Shown here: one piece after another, positions 13,561-27,836 of the stretch
Position numbering within the stretch: position 1 is the first letter of the stretch
Layout of the letters: every line of letters begins with the position of its first letter
Origin: Lama glama
Lineage: Eukaryota
Length of the DNA: 64,000 nt
Direction: 5' to 3'
Assembly: GCA_028534125.1 (NCBI GenBank)
Contig: CM052817.1
Location: 21,702,001-21,766,000, forward strand
Position numbers and translations under genes: made by a program
Notes under the pieces: model-generated
Databases searched by the model: none
Told to the model about the DNA's origin: nothing
Seen by the model: only the letters and a program-made list of their open reading frames with translations

Positions 13561-14195
13561 AAACCAGCTTCCCACACATACATCCAACTACCTACTCTTA
13601 AATTCAAGTCCTTATTGATAGATGGTCAAAGTCTATGATGACAATTAGGAGACATGAGAAAGCTAATTTTTTACAAACTTAAAAGATCTTGAGTCTTCCA
13701 GCATTGCAGCCTTTTTTTTTTTTGCTCTTTTGTTTTCATCTTAGTATTATCCTCTCTTTAAAGTTGACAAATTCTCTTTTTTCTTTCAAGAATACCATGT
13801 TTAAGGGAAATTACAGCTTGACTTTCTTAAGTCCTAAAGAATGACCTGAATAGATAACCAACACACAGCAGGTACCTAATGATAAATTCTGAGTCTGCAT
13901 TCATGTCAAATTAGCTATGCTCCTCTTCATCTTGTCACACTCCAACTTCATATGAAGCAACAAAAAATGGAGTGATGTTATGAAATAGGTGACTTCAGGT
14001 CATATTATGAATAAATAACCTCTTAATTTCACCTTCTGCACATAGTTTAAGAAAGTTGGTCATTCTCAAAGTACATGTTTTCTATAGAAGTTGGCATTTA
14101 ATTTGGACATTATACTAACACATCTTCTTATGAGTTTGATAAAAAAAAATTAGAATTTGCCTTTTTACTGTCCACCTCAGGTAACATTTAGGGCC

Positions 14196-14233
14196 GTAAG
14201 TGTGAAAATGAATGGTAAGTGTGAAAATGAATG
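14196..14233. repeat. Perfect 19-bp tandem duplication
   Basis: gtaagtgtgaaaatgaatg occurs twice head-to-tail. Confidence 0.95.
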
Positions 14234-14539
14234 GACTAAAGTTAGGAAGTGACAGTCACACTAACCAAAATTCCAGTAACAGGCTTTTAAGAGATGTGCC
14301 TAGTGATTTACAAATACTGTAGCAAGTGGAAAATTCTAGGAAATGTATGCCATTCCTAATCTTCCCAATTCCTATGCACATGGTGTCGATGGTAATGTCA
14401 GTCATAACGACTGCTTGTCCTCTGCATGTAGGGGTGACTCTGTGATACAGGGCTGGCCGCTGGGGCACACAAACCACTTTATCCATATTAGTGATTCATG
14501 CACACTGTGAACAAAAGACTCAGGCAAAGCCAGATAATT

Positions 14540-14682
14540 CATAACACATACACACAAGCATATATACAAACATACATGAATATGTGCACTGTACTTATGT
14601 GTATACACATTTATAATTACATATGCATGCACACATATTTGAACATGCAGGCATGCATGTGCGCACACACACACACACACAT
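14540..14682. repeat. CA/TA-rich low-complexity tract ending in (CA)n
   Basis: Direct reading. Confidence 0.8.
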
Positions 14683-15084
14683 ATTCTAGAAGAGAGAGGG
14701 AAGTTGCCAAATTGGCAAACAGAAAGAATCATGTATCTCTGGAGGTACTGCTCTCATCTTAGCATCAGGTGGAAAAAGCCTGCTGGGAAGCAAAGTCAAC
14801 ACAGAAGCAGGCAGTCCTGGGAGACAGAAAGAACACTGAAATCATGAACATCCAACACCATTAACATTTCTCAGCCTCAGGCTCCACCTGTGTGGAAGGC
14901 AAACTACCTGCCCTCCCCTCCTGACCATCTCAGTCATGATTCAATGTATCAGCCACTCAAAGAGCTCTTCTTACTAGCACTTGTGCTTACATTCGTTTAT
15001 TACTATCAGCTAATTAAATTTCCTTTAAATGTTTGTCTTCAAAAGTTAAAATAGGATTCTTATAAATATAAAAAGACAGTTGAT

Positions 15085-15270
15085 CTATGTTGAGAATATT
15101 CTATGTGCAGACCTAGCTATGTACTATGTAGATCTGTCTCATAGAAACTTCATGTAACCATGTGGTTACTGTCATCTAAATTTACAAATGATGTAATTGA
15201 GGCTTAGAGAGTTAGAGACACATGCCCAAGGTCAGAAAGCTTGTAAATGGTAATTCTCAGGTCCATGTGT
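15085..15270 (-). mobile_element. MIR SINE
   Basis: MIR core: tttacaaatgatgtaattgaggcttagagagttagagacacatgcccaaggtca. Confidence 0.75.
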
Positions 15271-16189
15271 CTCAGAAGTAAGTTAGACTACCTCTTTGTA
15301 GTACATGAAAAGCGTATTTGTACTATTAGGGAGAGATAGTTACATATATCTCCACTTATCCAAAATATTTATAGTTAAGCAGAACTGATACTAACATCTA
15401 AAAGCCTTCCAGAATAAATTATCCTCAAATGAGTACATTAATGATTCAAATATAAAACCTGCTATAAAAGAAAGAAGACCAATTTGTAAACTATTTCAAA
15501 GGTAAAAACATCCTTCTTAATATAGAGGATATTAAACTTTAAAGCTCTCATTAAATATTTAAAAGTCATAAAGTTAAAAGAATTTCTTAACTATTTTAGC
15601 AAGTTGAAGAACTATCTTAGAGATAATTGGAGGAATCAAATAAAGTGAGAAATTACAAAGGGTTAAATAATTCATAAATAGAACAGAATTTTAGGAAAAA
15701 AGGCACATTTTAATAATGTATATATTTTAATGAATTGTGTGTCCTTTTAAAGTATATGAAATTCATTCTAACAAAAATATTAAAATTATATCATTTCTCA
15801 TGAGAAAAATTCTTGTGAAATTAGAAATGTACATACATAATAGATATCACTTAATTGCATCATTTATGAAATGAAATTATATTGACATAAGATAGTTTCA
15901 TAAAACATATCAGCTACACCTATATTTTGTACAGGTATCAAACAATCTCTCACAAATGAGGGGAAAGATCATGAAGTCACCATGACAGAGTAACCATACT
16001 GCTCTTTAAAATAATACCATTGTGTAAGAAACACTTGCTACTTTGAAGAAAGAGACAGCTATTTGGAAATGTAGTGAAATATCTGAGTTCCTAACGTATA
16101 TGTTTTTACCCCAGGAGTCAATATAGGAATATCAATTTCTTACAGAATCCCACAGTAAGTAACATTTGAATGTAAATAGCCGATTCCTG

Positions 16190-17680
16190 TTTAATAAATT
16201 ATGCTGGGAAAACTGGATAAACACACGCAAAAGAATGAACTTGGCCCCCTGTCTTTCATCATACACAAAAAATCAATTCAAAATGGATTAAAGACTTACA
16301 GATAAGACCTGAAACCACAAGACTTCCAGAAAAATACACAGGGATTAAGCTTCTAGACATTTCCTTGCAATGATTTTATGAATTTGACACTAAAAACAAA
16401 GGTGACAGAAGCAAAAATAAACAAGTGGGATTATGTCAAACTAAAAAGCTTCTATAAAGTATAGGAAATATCAACAAGATACAAAGGAAGCCTATAGACT
16501 GGCAGAAAATATTTCCAAATGATATCCAATAAGAGGTTAGTATCCAATATATACAAGGAACTCATACAACTCAATAGTAAAAACACACACACACAAAAAC
16601 AAACAAACCAAAAACAAAAACAAAACAAAAAAACCCCAAAAACCTCAAAAAAATCCCCCCAAATACACACATTAATTTGATTTTAAAAATGGGCAAAGAA
16701 CCTAAATAGACATTTTTCCAAAGAAAACACACAAATGGCTAATAGATACATGAAAAGATGCTCAACATTACTAATCATCAGAGAAATGCTGATCAAATCC
16801 ACAGTGAGATATTATCTACTGACTGTTAGGATGTCTATTATGAAAAAAATTAGAGACAACAAATGCTGGCCAGAACGTGGAGAAAAGGGAACGCTTTTTC
16901 ACTATTGGTGAGAATGTGAACTGGTACAGCCACATGGAAAACAGTATGGAAGGCCTTCAGGAAATTAAAAATAGAACTACCATATGATCCAGCAATCCCA
17001 GTTCTAGGTAAATATCTCCGTAAGAAATTAAATCACTATCTTGAAAAGCATCTGTACTCCCATCTTCATTGCAGCATTATCCATAATAGCCAAGGTACAG
17101 AAACAACTTAAGTGCCCATGGAGAGATAGATGGATAAAGAAAATGTGATATATATATGCAATGGAGAATTATTCAGACATAAAAAAGGAATTCCTGCCAT
17201 TTGCGACAACATAGAGGGACCCTGAGGGCATTATGCTAATCAAAATAAGTCAGTGAAAGATAATTGCTGTATGCTATCACTTATATGTAGAATCTTTAAA
17301 AAAAGAAAAAGAAAAAGAACACATAGAAACAGAGTAGGATGCTGTTTGCCAGGGTCTGGGATGTAGGGAATAGGGAGAGGTTGGTAAAAGGCTATAAAGT
17401 TTCAATTATAATTCTAAAGTCTAAGAATCTAATGTACAATGTGAAGTTTGCAGTTGATAATACTGTATCATATAGCTGAAATTTGCTAAGAAAGTAGGAC
17501 TTGTACTCTCACCAAAAAAAAAAGGGGGAAATATGTGAGGTGACTGATGTGTTTATGAACTGGATGGTGGGAATCCTTTCATAACGTATATAGGTATCAA
17601 AAAATTCCCTTGTATACTCTAGATATATTACAATTTAATTGTGAACTACACCTTAATAGAGGTGGAAAAATAAATAAAAA
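16190..17680 (+). mobile_element. 5'-truncated L1 (L1MA-type ORF2 3' end plus 3' UTR)
   Basis: L1 motifs tgctgggaaaactggata, aaatggattaaagactta, gaactaccatatgatccagcaatccca, gagggcattatgcta; A-rich tail ending near 17680. Confidence 0.92.
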
Positions 17681-17864
17681 GCCATTCTCTTCTAGTTGCT
17701 GCTTCTTTTAAACAAAAGTATACACAGCAAGCAAGACTCAAGTAAACTTCATTTATATGAAAAAAGTGCTAAAGTTACATTAGGTAACCAAGGAGATACA
17801 GCAGTAGTAGCAGAAGTCAGCAAGCCCGTTCTTGAAGACTTCCCTCACCACTTCACACAAAGCC

Positions 17865-18056
17865 TACCTTGGTCAAGTGACTTTACATCTCTGTGCTTCA
17901 GTTTGCTCATTTATCAAGAAGAGATAGCAATAGTGCTTACAATAAAAGGGTGCTGTGAAGCTAAAATGATTAATAAATATATCATATGAAATAAACAGAA
18001 AGCTTTCAGCAAAGGACCTAGAACATTGTTCTTGTTCAGTAAATATTTGTTATTAC
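17865..18056 (+). mobile_element. MIR SINE
   Basis: ccttggtcaagtgactttacatctctgtgcttcagtttgctcatttatcaa matches the MIR core. Confidence 0.8.
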
Positions 18057-18349
18057 TCTCATTACAATTTAAGCAAGTGGATATGAAAGTGAACTAGAGA
18101 GTTAAGAAAATAAATGATTGTTACAAACTATATTTGAATTTCTTTAAACATTGAGAAGTATGTTTCCAATGTAGAAAATAATAGTGATTTGTTTCATTTC
18201 AGACAGTAAAATTCCACCTGTTTTTGAAGCTGATTGCCTATAATCTTGACTTCTATATATCATGATTCTAGAACTTACAGTGTGGTATTTTTAAACTCTC
18301 CCTCTCAAAATTGGAAAACAATGTAAAGAATCCTCTCAAAAAGGCAGAG

Positions 18350-19050
18350 TTCAGAGTCAGTGAAGGTACAGTGAAGAAAGTGGTCAACTCTATACAGAAA
18401 GCATACTGATTATATAATGTTGGAACAAATCACAGTGTTAAGTGGAAATAAGATACCTGAACAAGGTGGAGCACTGAAAACAAGTATCACCGAATTTGGC
18501 AATTAGAATACCCATGGAACCTCAGTGAGACTAACTACATAATGGCTATAGGGACAATGGTAAGATTTTAAGCACAATGAGAAATAAATGGGAAAGGAAA
18601 GAAGTGGAAAAAAAAATTGAGGCATCTATTTTTTCTTTTTCTTTTTTTTGTAATATTTGACAGTGAAAGGAAGGAAAGACCTGATGCTGACTAGAGGGGA
18701 AGATGCTGACAGATTTGCAAAGATGAAATGGTTTATTTAAGATTTTGAAAATGAGGAGAAAAAGTATATAATGGATGGATCATGGTTCCAGAGGTGACAT
18801 CAAACAATGGCATCAAGAGTCCACATCTTGAACAGGAGCAGGGGTAGCTTATCTCTTGAGACTACAGGGGAAGAAATATGAATATTTGAGGATACAGGTA
18901 ATGGAGAGTGTGAGTTCTAGAGATTTTTAGATGTTTGATGAGAAACTGCTTTTTCTGGAAAATTAGATGTGCTGTCATCTCCTGTGTGTAAAGGCAGCAG
19001 AGGTTATGGACAAAAGCTTGAGTTAAATGGTAATGATTAAAAATGGCTTA
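18350..19050 (-). mobile_element. LINE-2 fragment
   Basis: Purine-rich degenerate L2-like motifs such as gaatttggcaattagaatacccatggaacctcagtgaga. Confidence 0.5.
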
Positions 19051-19819
19051 TAAGCAAAACAGGGCAGAAAATAAACCAAGTAAAATAATTAGTAGATCTA
19101 TATTGACACTTGAAATATCCATGTCTTCCTTATCCTGAAATTCTATCTGCAGGTATTTGCTCTAAAGCAATAACCTGAAACATAGAAAAAAATCTGAATA
19201 TATATTTATATGATATAAACCTTTCTTGAGAAAAATTAGAAATAATGTCAGTATCAAAAACAGAAAAATGACTGAATTTTATGGATTGAGATATAATCAT
19301 TATAACTTCTTAGAGTTTACAATGGTCTGGAAAAAATACTTGTACAATAGTAAGTTTAAATTAGACTATCAGACATGTGTGATATACACATCCTTAAAAC
19401 ATCAATAATAGAAGAAATATGTTAAAATGCCTTTAGGTAATGAGAATATATGCTTATTTATAAGTTTATTCTATAATTTTACATATTAATTTTCTACATT
19501 TGTGTTTTTCTTATTTTCTATACTGAAAATCAAGTACTATTGTAATAAGATTAAATATACTTTGTGTTGAATTTATCCAAATGACAGGAGGACCCAATAA
19601 ATTGCAGAAACTTAGATTTGTTAAAGCAGGACAGTAAGCTCCAAATTTGTGTGTTTATTCACTTCTGAGGTTACTACTTCACATATTCAAAGTCTCAATG
19701 TATCGTAAATTAAGGATTTGGGTGGAAAGTGAAAGAGAAAATCAAGTGGACCAAAAGGTTCATGGAACTGATCAAAGTAACACAGGTAATTAACCATATC
19801 AAAGCCTGTTTTTAAAACC

Positions 19820-19975
19820 TGAATATGTACTGGACTGAATTCCTTAGGTATCTTTTAAAATGCAAAGTCCAGTTCAGTGGGTTGGACTGAGACTGGAGAT
19901 TCTGCATTTCTAACAAATCCTCACTTGATGCTGATGCTGCAGTCAAGTGTGGACCATAATTTGAGTAACAAGGAT
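19820..19975. mobile_element. MER5A-like hAT-Charlie DNA transposon fossil
   Basis: gagattctgcatttctaacaaatcctcacttgatgctgatgctgc...ggaccataatttgagtaacaagg. Confidence 0.75.
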
Positions 19976-22074
19976 CTAGCCTAGGTAAGAAATTAACTAG
20001 TAATTAATCAAGAATTAATCCTAAATCTTTATGAAAGAGTCATTTGGATGCTTTCATATCATAGCAAGATAAAGTCAGAAGCATAAAACTCAAAGAAAAA
20101 GTGTTCTTGAGTCAAGGTTGTAGAGTAATGGTTTGGAAGCAATCTTAAAGAGAGAGACCTGTTTCCTCAAACTCAGAAGTAGTAACCTGAACATCTGGGC
20201 TAGCATAGCAAGCTGTGACATTTTCCTTTCTCTCTTTAATTTTAATTGATAAAAACAAACATATTATCAGCAGATGATTACTAGTATAATGAATGCGCTA
20301 TCTAAGAAGAGTGAAAAAGCAGTTAACTCTGCCCCATTAATCCTAGGCATAGATTTAATTGGGCCAGCGGAATGACAAAATAACTGGAAAAAAATCAAAT
20401 TGTGATGGGTCACCTGCTGAAATCCTTAGAGGGATTTCTACAAGGCTCTTCAGAGCTCAAATTCAACCTGTCTCTCTAACTGCATCTTTTGAAACCTCAA
20501 CTACTTGCAGCCTTTAGATAAAAGCATTTGTACCTGCTGGAGATTCAAGACATGAACTTTTAATTTCCCCTGCCTTTGTACATGGGTTTTCCTCTTCCTG
20601 AAACATTTTTTCTCTTTTGCAACAATGTAAGTTCTATCCATCCCTTAACGGAGTTCTGAAATGCCACCTTTTATAGATGATAGCACAATGGATAAGGATT
20701 TGCACCTAGTTTGCATCAATCATCTTCCCCGAATAAGAATACTGCTACATCTAGATGACTCATACAATACCTTATGAACTAGCAGTTCCATTCTTGCACC
20801 AGGAAACTCAAAGTTTCCATACAAGGACATGCTCATAATAGTATTGTTTGTGCAGAAGAATGTTGAAGGCTATAGAGATGAAAGAAACAAACAAAAATGT
20901 GCCAGAAACACACAAAGCAATAATCTGAATAGTCAAATTATATAATGAATTATATACACCTACAACATTTTCTCCTAGATTTTGAAGGTACATAATCTAT
21001 CTACATAATAAAAAGTAACATATATGTTCATCTTTACTGCTGAATGAATAAATAAGAAACAAACACAACCTATAACATAATGTCATATAAATTGAAATAC
21101 ATGAAAAACAGATTTTTCATTCAAGGACAAAAATATACACATTTGAGTGAGTACCTGTGATAAGAACAGGGAAGGCATGGAAATAATATATGTAATTTCT
21201 TTTTTAAAAATATATATGTAATTTCTAATGCACAAAATCTTATCATTATAAATTATTTTCCCTCCAATCTTATTTCTCTCTCTCCTTCAATACCTTTTCT
21301 CTGGGTAGAATAGTTAATTAGTGAGATCAGTGTCTCTGAAAAGATAATCTTCACAATAGTCATGTCACAGTCATCTGGAATACATGTCAGAAAAGCAGAT
21401 AGCTAGACTGCTTTTCAGAAGTACTGAATTTGAATCTTTCCTAATAAAGCCTAGAAATGTATCTTTTGAATAAGCAACCAGGTGTTACTTAGGAAAATAT
21501 CTTTGGAAACCACCGACTTAAACTGTGGTGCAAATGAAATCAGACAGACACATGCAATGGACGTAATTCAGCATGAGATGCAGTCAGTCATTTCTGCCAC
21601 TGATTAAACCTTGCATAGAGTAATTACTCAATAAATAATTTGTTTGAAGAATGAATCAATGAATCAATGAATGAATGGCATTACTTCATAGAGGACAGAC
21701 TACAGTAATAAAGTCTACTATAAAAATATTTAAAATAAAACAGATAGATAACAATTTATACAATTATATAAAGCTCTAAGCTCGTTTATTAAATAATCAA
21801 TGCCAATAAATGTATTTATAATGAATAAATATATATATACACGTATATGTATATGAGACACTTTTCCACTTTATAACAAAGTTGACAGTGTGCATGATTC
21901 CAGAAGACTAATTGCTAGGATAATGGCATGCATTTTGTTTGATGCTTATTTGCCTGAAATTTGCACTTTTTTTTAATACAACTTTTCTTAATATGATTGG
22001 TAGTCAATCTGGAGTAGGTTTGAGCCAGTCTTTGGAACCATAATCTGCCCATGACTATATGGGTCAAATTCACT

Positions 22075-22350
22075 GGGGAATTTATACTAGTTCAAGCAAT
22101 TTGAAAATGTTCTTTCATTTGAATAGCTGTGTTCAAGCCCAGGACATGCTGGGACTTGCCATTTTGGCTGCCATCACAATTACCCCTATCAGTGTCTATG
22201 CACAGATGCTGAATGTGGGTAACTATTACTGGCAGGTTATACTGGGCGGCTCATACAAATGAATAATCATTGGCTCATGATCACTTCAACTCCCCAGATC
22301 ACTGGAATTGCCCAGCTGGGCTGAGTGGGAAATCTAGCTAATGAGACGGA
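22075..22350 (+). mobile_element. Candidate ancient tRNA-derived SINE
   Basis: A-box-like tagttcaagcaa (22088-22099) and B-box gttcaagcc (22131-22139) with tRNA-like spacing, followed by a more GC-rich complex body. Family not established. Confidence 0.45.
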
Positions 22351-23349
22351 TTGTTTTTTCCTATTGTATAACATACAGGTTTTCACATAGCTGTCTTTTT
22401 AAAAGTTTACCTTGAATTTTTCAATTTAAATGTTTTCATTCTTACCTTATTAATGAAAAATAATGTCATTATGCATATAATGTATGAGTAAGACAGACAT
22501 TCAGTTAAGGATTTAAAAACATTTTGAAATTCACACTGAAACAGAACATTATTTTTCCTATGATATACTGTACAATTGCTGATGAATAGCATCAGTCCAG
22601 ATGCTTACTGTGAAACTGCCACTCTTACACCATGGCTGCAATAAAATAAGGAACACAAAGACTGTTTCTAAAGCCGAACAGAAGTTCTGTTTTTGAATGA
22701 CCCAATCTACAAATCAGCAGCTAAGCAACAAAGTAAACATCATTAGTGAGCTTTTCAGTCTATATTTACATTTTGCTACCTTTCCTCCATCCCATTTTAC
22801 AAAGTTTCTGAGGATACAGCTTCCTCTTTAAATTGTCTGTGTACAATTTATTGGGCCATTAATATTAAAAGGAAATGTGCACCATATTGAGCAACTGTTA
22901 ATTCACTATGAAGAAGCATACAGGGAAGAATGGGGAAAAGGCCGCTTTAATGTGTTCCCATCAGAAAGGATGATGGTACAATGTTCCTAGATGCTGTGAA
23001 AGTGAGGAATTTTCAAGAATAAGACACATGTGACCACTGCAAAGATGAAAAAGCAAGTACCCCTCGCCCCTTCAAAACCTGACTATTAATACTATTAATA
23101 CAATACCCTTGGTCTATGGAAAGATAGATGTTTTAAGATTGAGATGGTTTAAGAGTATAACACTGGAAATTTCATAAGGCCTTTTCTCTTGGACTTCTAA
23201 ATATAATGTAAAGGGACACTGTAATTTCTAACTGGGGAGTCATTAAGTTTTCCTTGAAGTTGCTTTCTTTCTACAAGAGCAGTACCATACTTCTTTCATG
23301 ACTAATGTTGTTACTATATTAATATCTATAAATTCAGGTTTGCACTTTT

Positions 23350-24535
23350 TCTTTTTCAAAGCATAGTTGTTTACATTGACCTCCAAGATGTAGCAGTATG
23401 TTGGTTTTTTCTTCTATCTTCTCAGTCTCTTTAACATGGTTCTTCAACTGCACCTTAAATTTCAGAATTTCTTCTATCTGCAACTCACCTCTCTTATCAC
23501 TTCATACACTTGGCCGAGGTAATCTCACATATTAACATTACAATCAACATACTAATGACTTTTTGATCTATATCCTCAGGCTATTTCTCTCACCTGAGCT
23601 CCAGTCGTAAATAGCCAAATGAAAATACAGCTTGAAATTCCAATAAAACCCTAACACTCAACTTCATTATTCTCTCTCATACTTATTTCTTCTCTGGTGT
23701 TCTCTATGTCATTTAACAGCCTCACTGTGTACACAGGTCATTCAGGAAACCCTGGATACATCGTGCGTTGATTCTTCCCATTCCCATATCCCACACATCA
23801 AATCAACCACCAAGTCAAGATAAATCTTCCATAATTCTATCTACATTTCACAGTTCTGTCTCCCATTAACCTAGGAAAACACCAGCAACTATATTTTTTG
23901 ACGTTAGAGTAGTGTAATAACTAAATTGCCTGCCTTGATGCCAATTCACTCGTCACCGTGCATCACAAATCACTCACTTAATTTAATCTTATTGTTCTGT
24001 TCACTGTAGTAGCTCAATGCCTTGATAGCTCCCAGTTTTCTTAGGAGAAAAGAAAATGTCTTCATATGCCTTGCGAATCCCTGCCTGACCTGCCTGTTAA
24101 TCTATTGTTATTTCTGTGCTTATATTCCACACTCCAGACAAAATGATCTACTTTCGATTTCCCTGAGAATCATTCATTCCTTTGACCTGGCCTTTGTTAT
24201 GCTGCTCTCTTTACCTAGAGCACTTTCAGTTTCTTTATCTCACTCTTACTTTTATAAAATCTCTGGATAAGGGGATACCTCTTCCAAGTCACTGGCACCC
24301 TACACAGACTAAAGTAGGTGTATCTTCTATCCCTTTATTTCCCATGGCATTCTAGATTTCTACTTTTACATTTATCACGATTTGTTGAAGATTCTTGTGT
24401 TTTTTAGCCATCTCATCCATTGGATTTCAATTTTAGTGAGGGAAAAGTGGTTTGAATGTTTGCATTAATATCTCCAGCACCTATGATAGGTCTTGATAGA
24501 CCTCTAGTATATGTCCAGTGAATGTTCAATGAATA
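23350..24535 (+). mobile_element. LINE-2 fragment including 3' end
   Basis: ctctcacctgagctccag, aaatcaaccaccaagtc, tatctccagcacctatgataggtcttgata and terminal tgaatgttcaatgaat. Confidence 0.7.
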
Positions 24536-25675
24536 CAAATACAAATATATGTGTCTTTTTTCTTTGAAATGTATTTTAATCTAGTAGAGTACTTTCTTAT
24601 GTACTGAAGCATAGAAACACTGTCTTTAAAAATGAAAGAATTAGCCTACAGTTCTTTACAGGAGTTACTCCCTCTGGTTATCTTATTCTGTCTGAAGCAA
24701 TCCAATAGAAATATATAAATGGCCTGAAAACATGTAGTATTCCTCCATCTTTATAAAAGGAGGAGAAAGGAGTGCAAAAAAAGCTCAGACAGATTAAATG
24801 AAATAATTTGGGGAGAACTACGTATTTTGATGGTACAAAAGCAAATACCTGCAAAACATAAGATGCAAATAAGAAAACTAACAAATTTGGTTTCATTCAG
24901 GTATTTAAAAAATGTAATCTAATTATCTTTGAACTATCTCTTATTCTAAGAGTCTTACAGATAAGCAAATACATTTACATTCAATTTGCCATGATTTTAA
25001 CAATCATAATATTACCTTATTTAATATTTAGAATAATTATATGAAACAGAAGGCTATTAGAACTATTATATGCCTAACAAAATTAAAATGGAAAGAAAAA
25101 TCTTGATACAAACCATGAAGGCAGTACACACGAGGTAAAATTAATATCCAGATCCACAGTTCTTAACTTCATTCTAAATTACAACAAGCTACATCAACAA
25201 AAGGTTAATTAGAATGTACTAGATTTCCAACTAGCCCTAGGCACTGGATTAGACAATTATCCAGTTCTCTACATGGATCATTCATACATCAAAGTCCAAA
25301 TTTTTTATGTATAATATATATATTTTCTATTCCATTTAATGCAGAGTATCAGACTGTTTTGATATTCTAGGTTAACCAACTTCTATTAAGACGTCTTTGT
25401 CACACAGATATGGGATAAAAGCCAGAGCAGTCAGGGAACAGAATGAACTTCCGGCATTCTTCAGGAACCATATAATGTCCATATCCTCACAAGGAGGTTT
25501 CTCCACAATGAATATCACCCTTCTCCATCCCATTTTCAATGCCATAATCAAAGCATTTTTGTAAAATTCAAATAAAATTATGCATACTCCAGTTCAGAAA
25601 ATGTAAATGGTCTTTCACAGTTATGATAGCTTTCAATGTTGCTTATCTTACATGGATTTTCCCTTTCTTCTATGT

Positions 25676-25889
25676 CAATAATTTCAACTGAGGTTGATTT
25701 TGCCCTCTGGGGGACATCTGGCAATATATGGAGACATTTTTAGTTTTCACAAATCGGGGAGAAGGTGCAACTGTCACCTAGTGGGTATAAGCCAGGTATG
25801 TTGCTAAACATTCTCAAGGCATAGGACAGTTCCTCATCAAAAAATTATCTGGCCCAAAATGCCAACAGTGTCCAGGTTGTGAAACCTTG
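25676..25889 (+). mobile_element. MER20 hAT-Charlie DNA transposon fossil
   Basis: ggggacatctggcaatatatggagacatttt...aattatctggcccaaaatgccaacagtg; flanks ttctatgt and ctctaggc resemble the NTCTAGAN target. Confidence 0.88.
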
Positions 25890-26069
25890 CTCTAGGCTGA
25901 CAATATGTTGATTCATTTATATAGCTTATGTGCCTAGTCACAAGATAAAATCCAAATTCATTGAAATTAGCATACAAAATCTTTAATACTTTAATCTCTG
26001 CTGTATCTTAGTGTTATTTCTTGTCACTCTAACTCCTCGTTTTGGATTACTTACCACTTGAAAAATCAT

Positions 26070-26400
26070 ATATGAATCAGTCAAGGTAAGATAAGCTGTG
26101 CCACAATGAGAAAAACCACTAAAATATCAGCAGTGTAAGACTCAGGCAGTTGGAGGCTCTACCACCTCAAGGAGCTTCCATCCCAAATTGAGTCTTCAAG
26201 TTTTACTGAATCATGGTAAGATAATGCAACAGTGCATCCTGGCCCTTAACTGCTCTGTGCATGGGTAAAACCATGTTACCTTTCCTCACATTGGCCACAT
26301 CCACTTGGCTAAACAAATCACATGACCTTATCTAACTTCAAAAGTCTTTTCCTTGTAAGAAAAGGAAAGCTAGACCACTTAGTGAGCACTACTATTGTTT
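26070..26400 (-). mobile_element. Old MaLR (MLT1-type) LTR fragment
   Basis: cacattggccacatccacttggctaaacaaatcacatgaccttatctaacttcaa motif. Confidence 0.5.
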
Positions 26401-27324
26401 ACTCCTGTACTTCTCCTTATTTCCAGGGCTAACTTATTCTTAACATTAAGTTTAATTTATGCATCATTTCCTAGATAGTCTTCTTGATGCTTTTTCTTTC
26501 AAGACTTGTTTAGGTGACTTTCCTTGGCTTTCTTATCCCATCTTGTACATAAAGTTTACAGCATTTAATCCTTATTATTATGAAAGTCTGTTCACTAGCT
26601 TGCCTTTTCTAGATTATTGGCTCTTGATGGTAGGGAAAGTAACTTATTAATTGTTATATTCACAAAATATTTTATACATGAACTAATTAAATGTTTCCTT
26701 ACACAAATAAAACAACCAATTAGCCAAACTGTACAATAGAAGATAAAGGATCATTTATTTTTCTATCAAACATGAGCCTCTTGCCTCTCCAGGTAACCAA
26801 TAATTCATGGACTTAAAGCTCTGTTCATATTTCCTTCTTGTTCCAGTATGAAGAACTGTGTCTCAGATCATAGCAAATGAGTTCACAGTGTCATAAAATA
26901 TAACACAAGAGCATGGTAAAAATTGTATTGGATAAATTATATCAATTTTAGGGTACCCAGGGCAATAGTTTTACTTTTTTAAAAAATGTCATTACTAAGT
27001 AAAGATAAGAGACATTGTTGAGGATAGCCAAATTCTTGTTCAACCTGGATTGCCTTCAAGCAACTCAAGAGCCTTCATTTTTAACTACAAACAGCTTTCA
27101 GCATGCCCTGAAGAAAAAAAAAAAATCAGGAAAACTATAGTGAATCTAATGGGTCCCAAAGAAACCTAAAACTGAGGAAAACTGAATTTTCTCCCTCTTG
27201 CAGATACAGCTTTTCTCATATTCACTGTGCAAAATACATACTTCATCACTGTTGCAGAAGAAAACTGAGTTTCTGCATAAATTGAGACTCTCCACTGAAT
27301 AAACATTGTTGTATGATTCAGTTC

Positions 27325-27470
27325 AGAGGAAAGGTCACTGGACTGAGACTTAAGAGACTAAAGTTCCTTCCCCAATCTTGCTAGGTTTAGTCAGGTCACT
27401 CTGATTAAGTAACTAAGACTTTCCAGAGCCTTTATTTTTTTCAGTCATAAAGGTGGATTTATGTAGTAAT
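27325..27470 (+). mobile_element. MIR fragment
   Basis: ggaaaggtcactggactgagacttaagagactaaagttc resembles the MIR 5' end. Confidence 0.55.
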
Positions 27471-27799
27471 AACTGGCTTACTTCAGTTACTAACAAAAAG
27501 TAAAGCTGTCTGAATTAGAGTATATTATCAACTTTAAAAAAATGGATATAAAAGTTTATTATTACTATTGATATAGCGTAATTGTTAAAATAGGTCTTCA
27601 ATCTTACAAGTGAAAGTTTTTTAGCTTCCAAAATCTTTTACTCTTTGAAAAACAGGCATTTTATATGTTCGCTAGAAAAATTAAACAAGTATTTATAACT
27701 TGGGGAATAATATATATTCAGTAAATGATAGATTTTTAAAAATGTATAATTTCCTAAAAATACAGCAGAATAATACATTTTCAAAAAAAATAAATGTTT

Positions 27800-27802
<3 letters not shown>

Positions 27803-27832
<30 letters not shown>
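27803..27832. repeat. (AT)n microsatellite
   Basis: Direct reading. Confidence 0.95.

Positions 27833-27836
<4 letters not shown>

Noticed and set aside
14196..14233. 19-bp tandem duplication containing gtaagt
   Set aside because: Ordinary slippage duplication with no supporting exon context.
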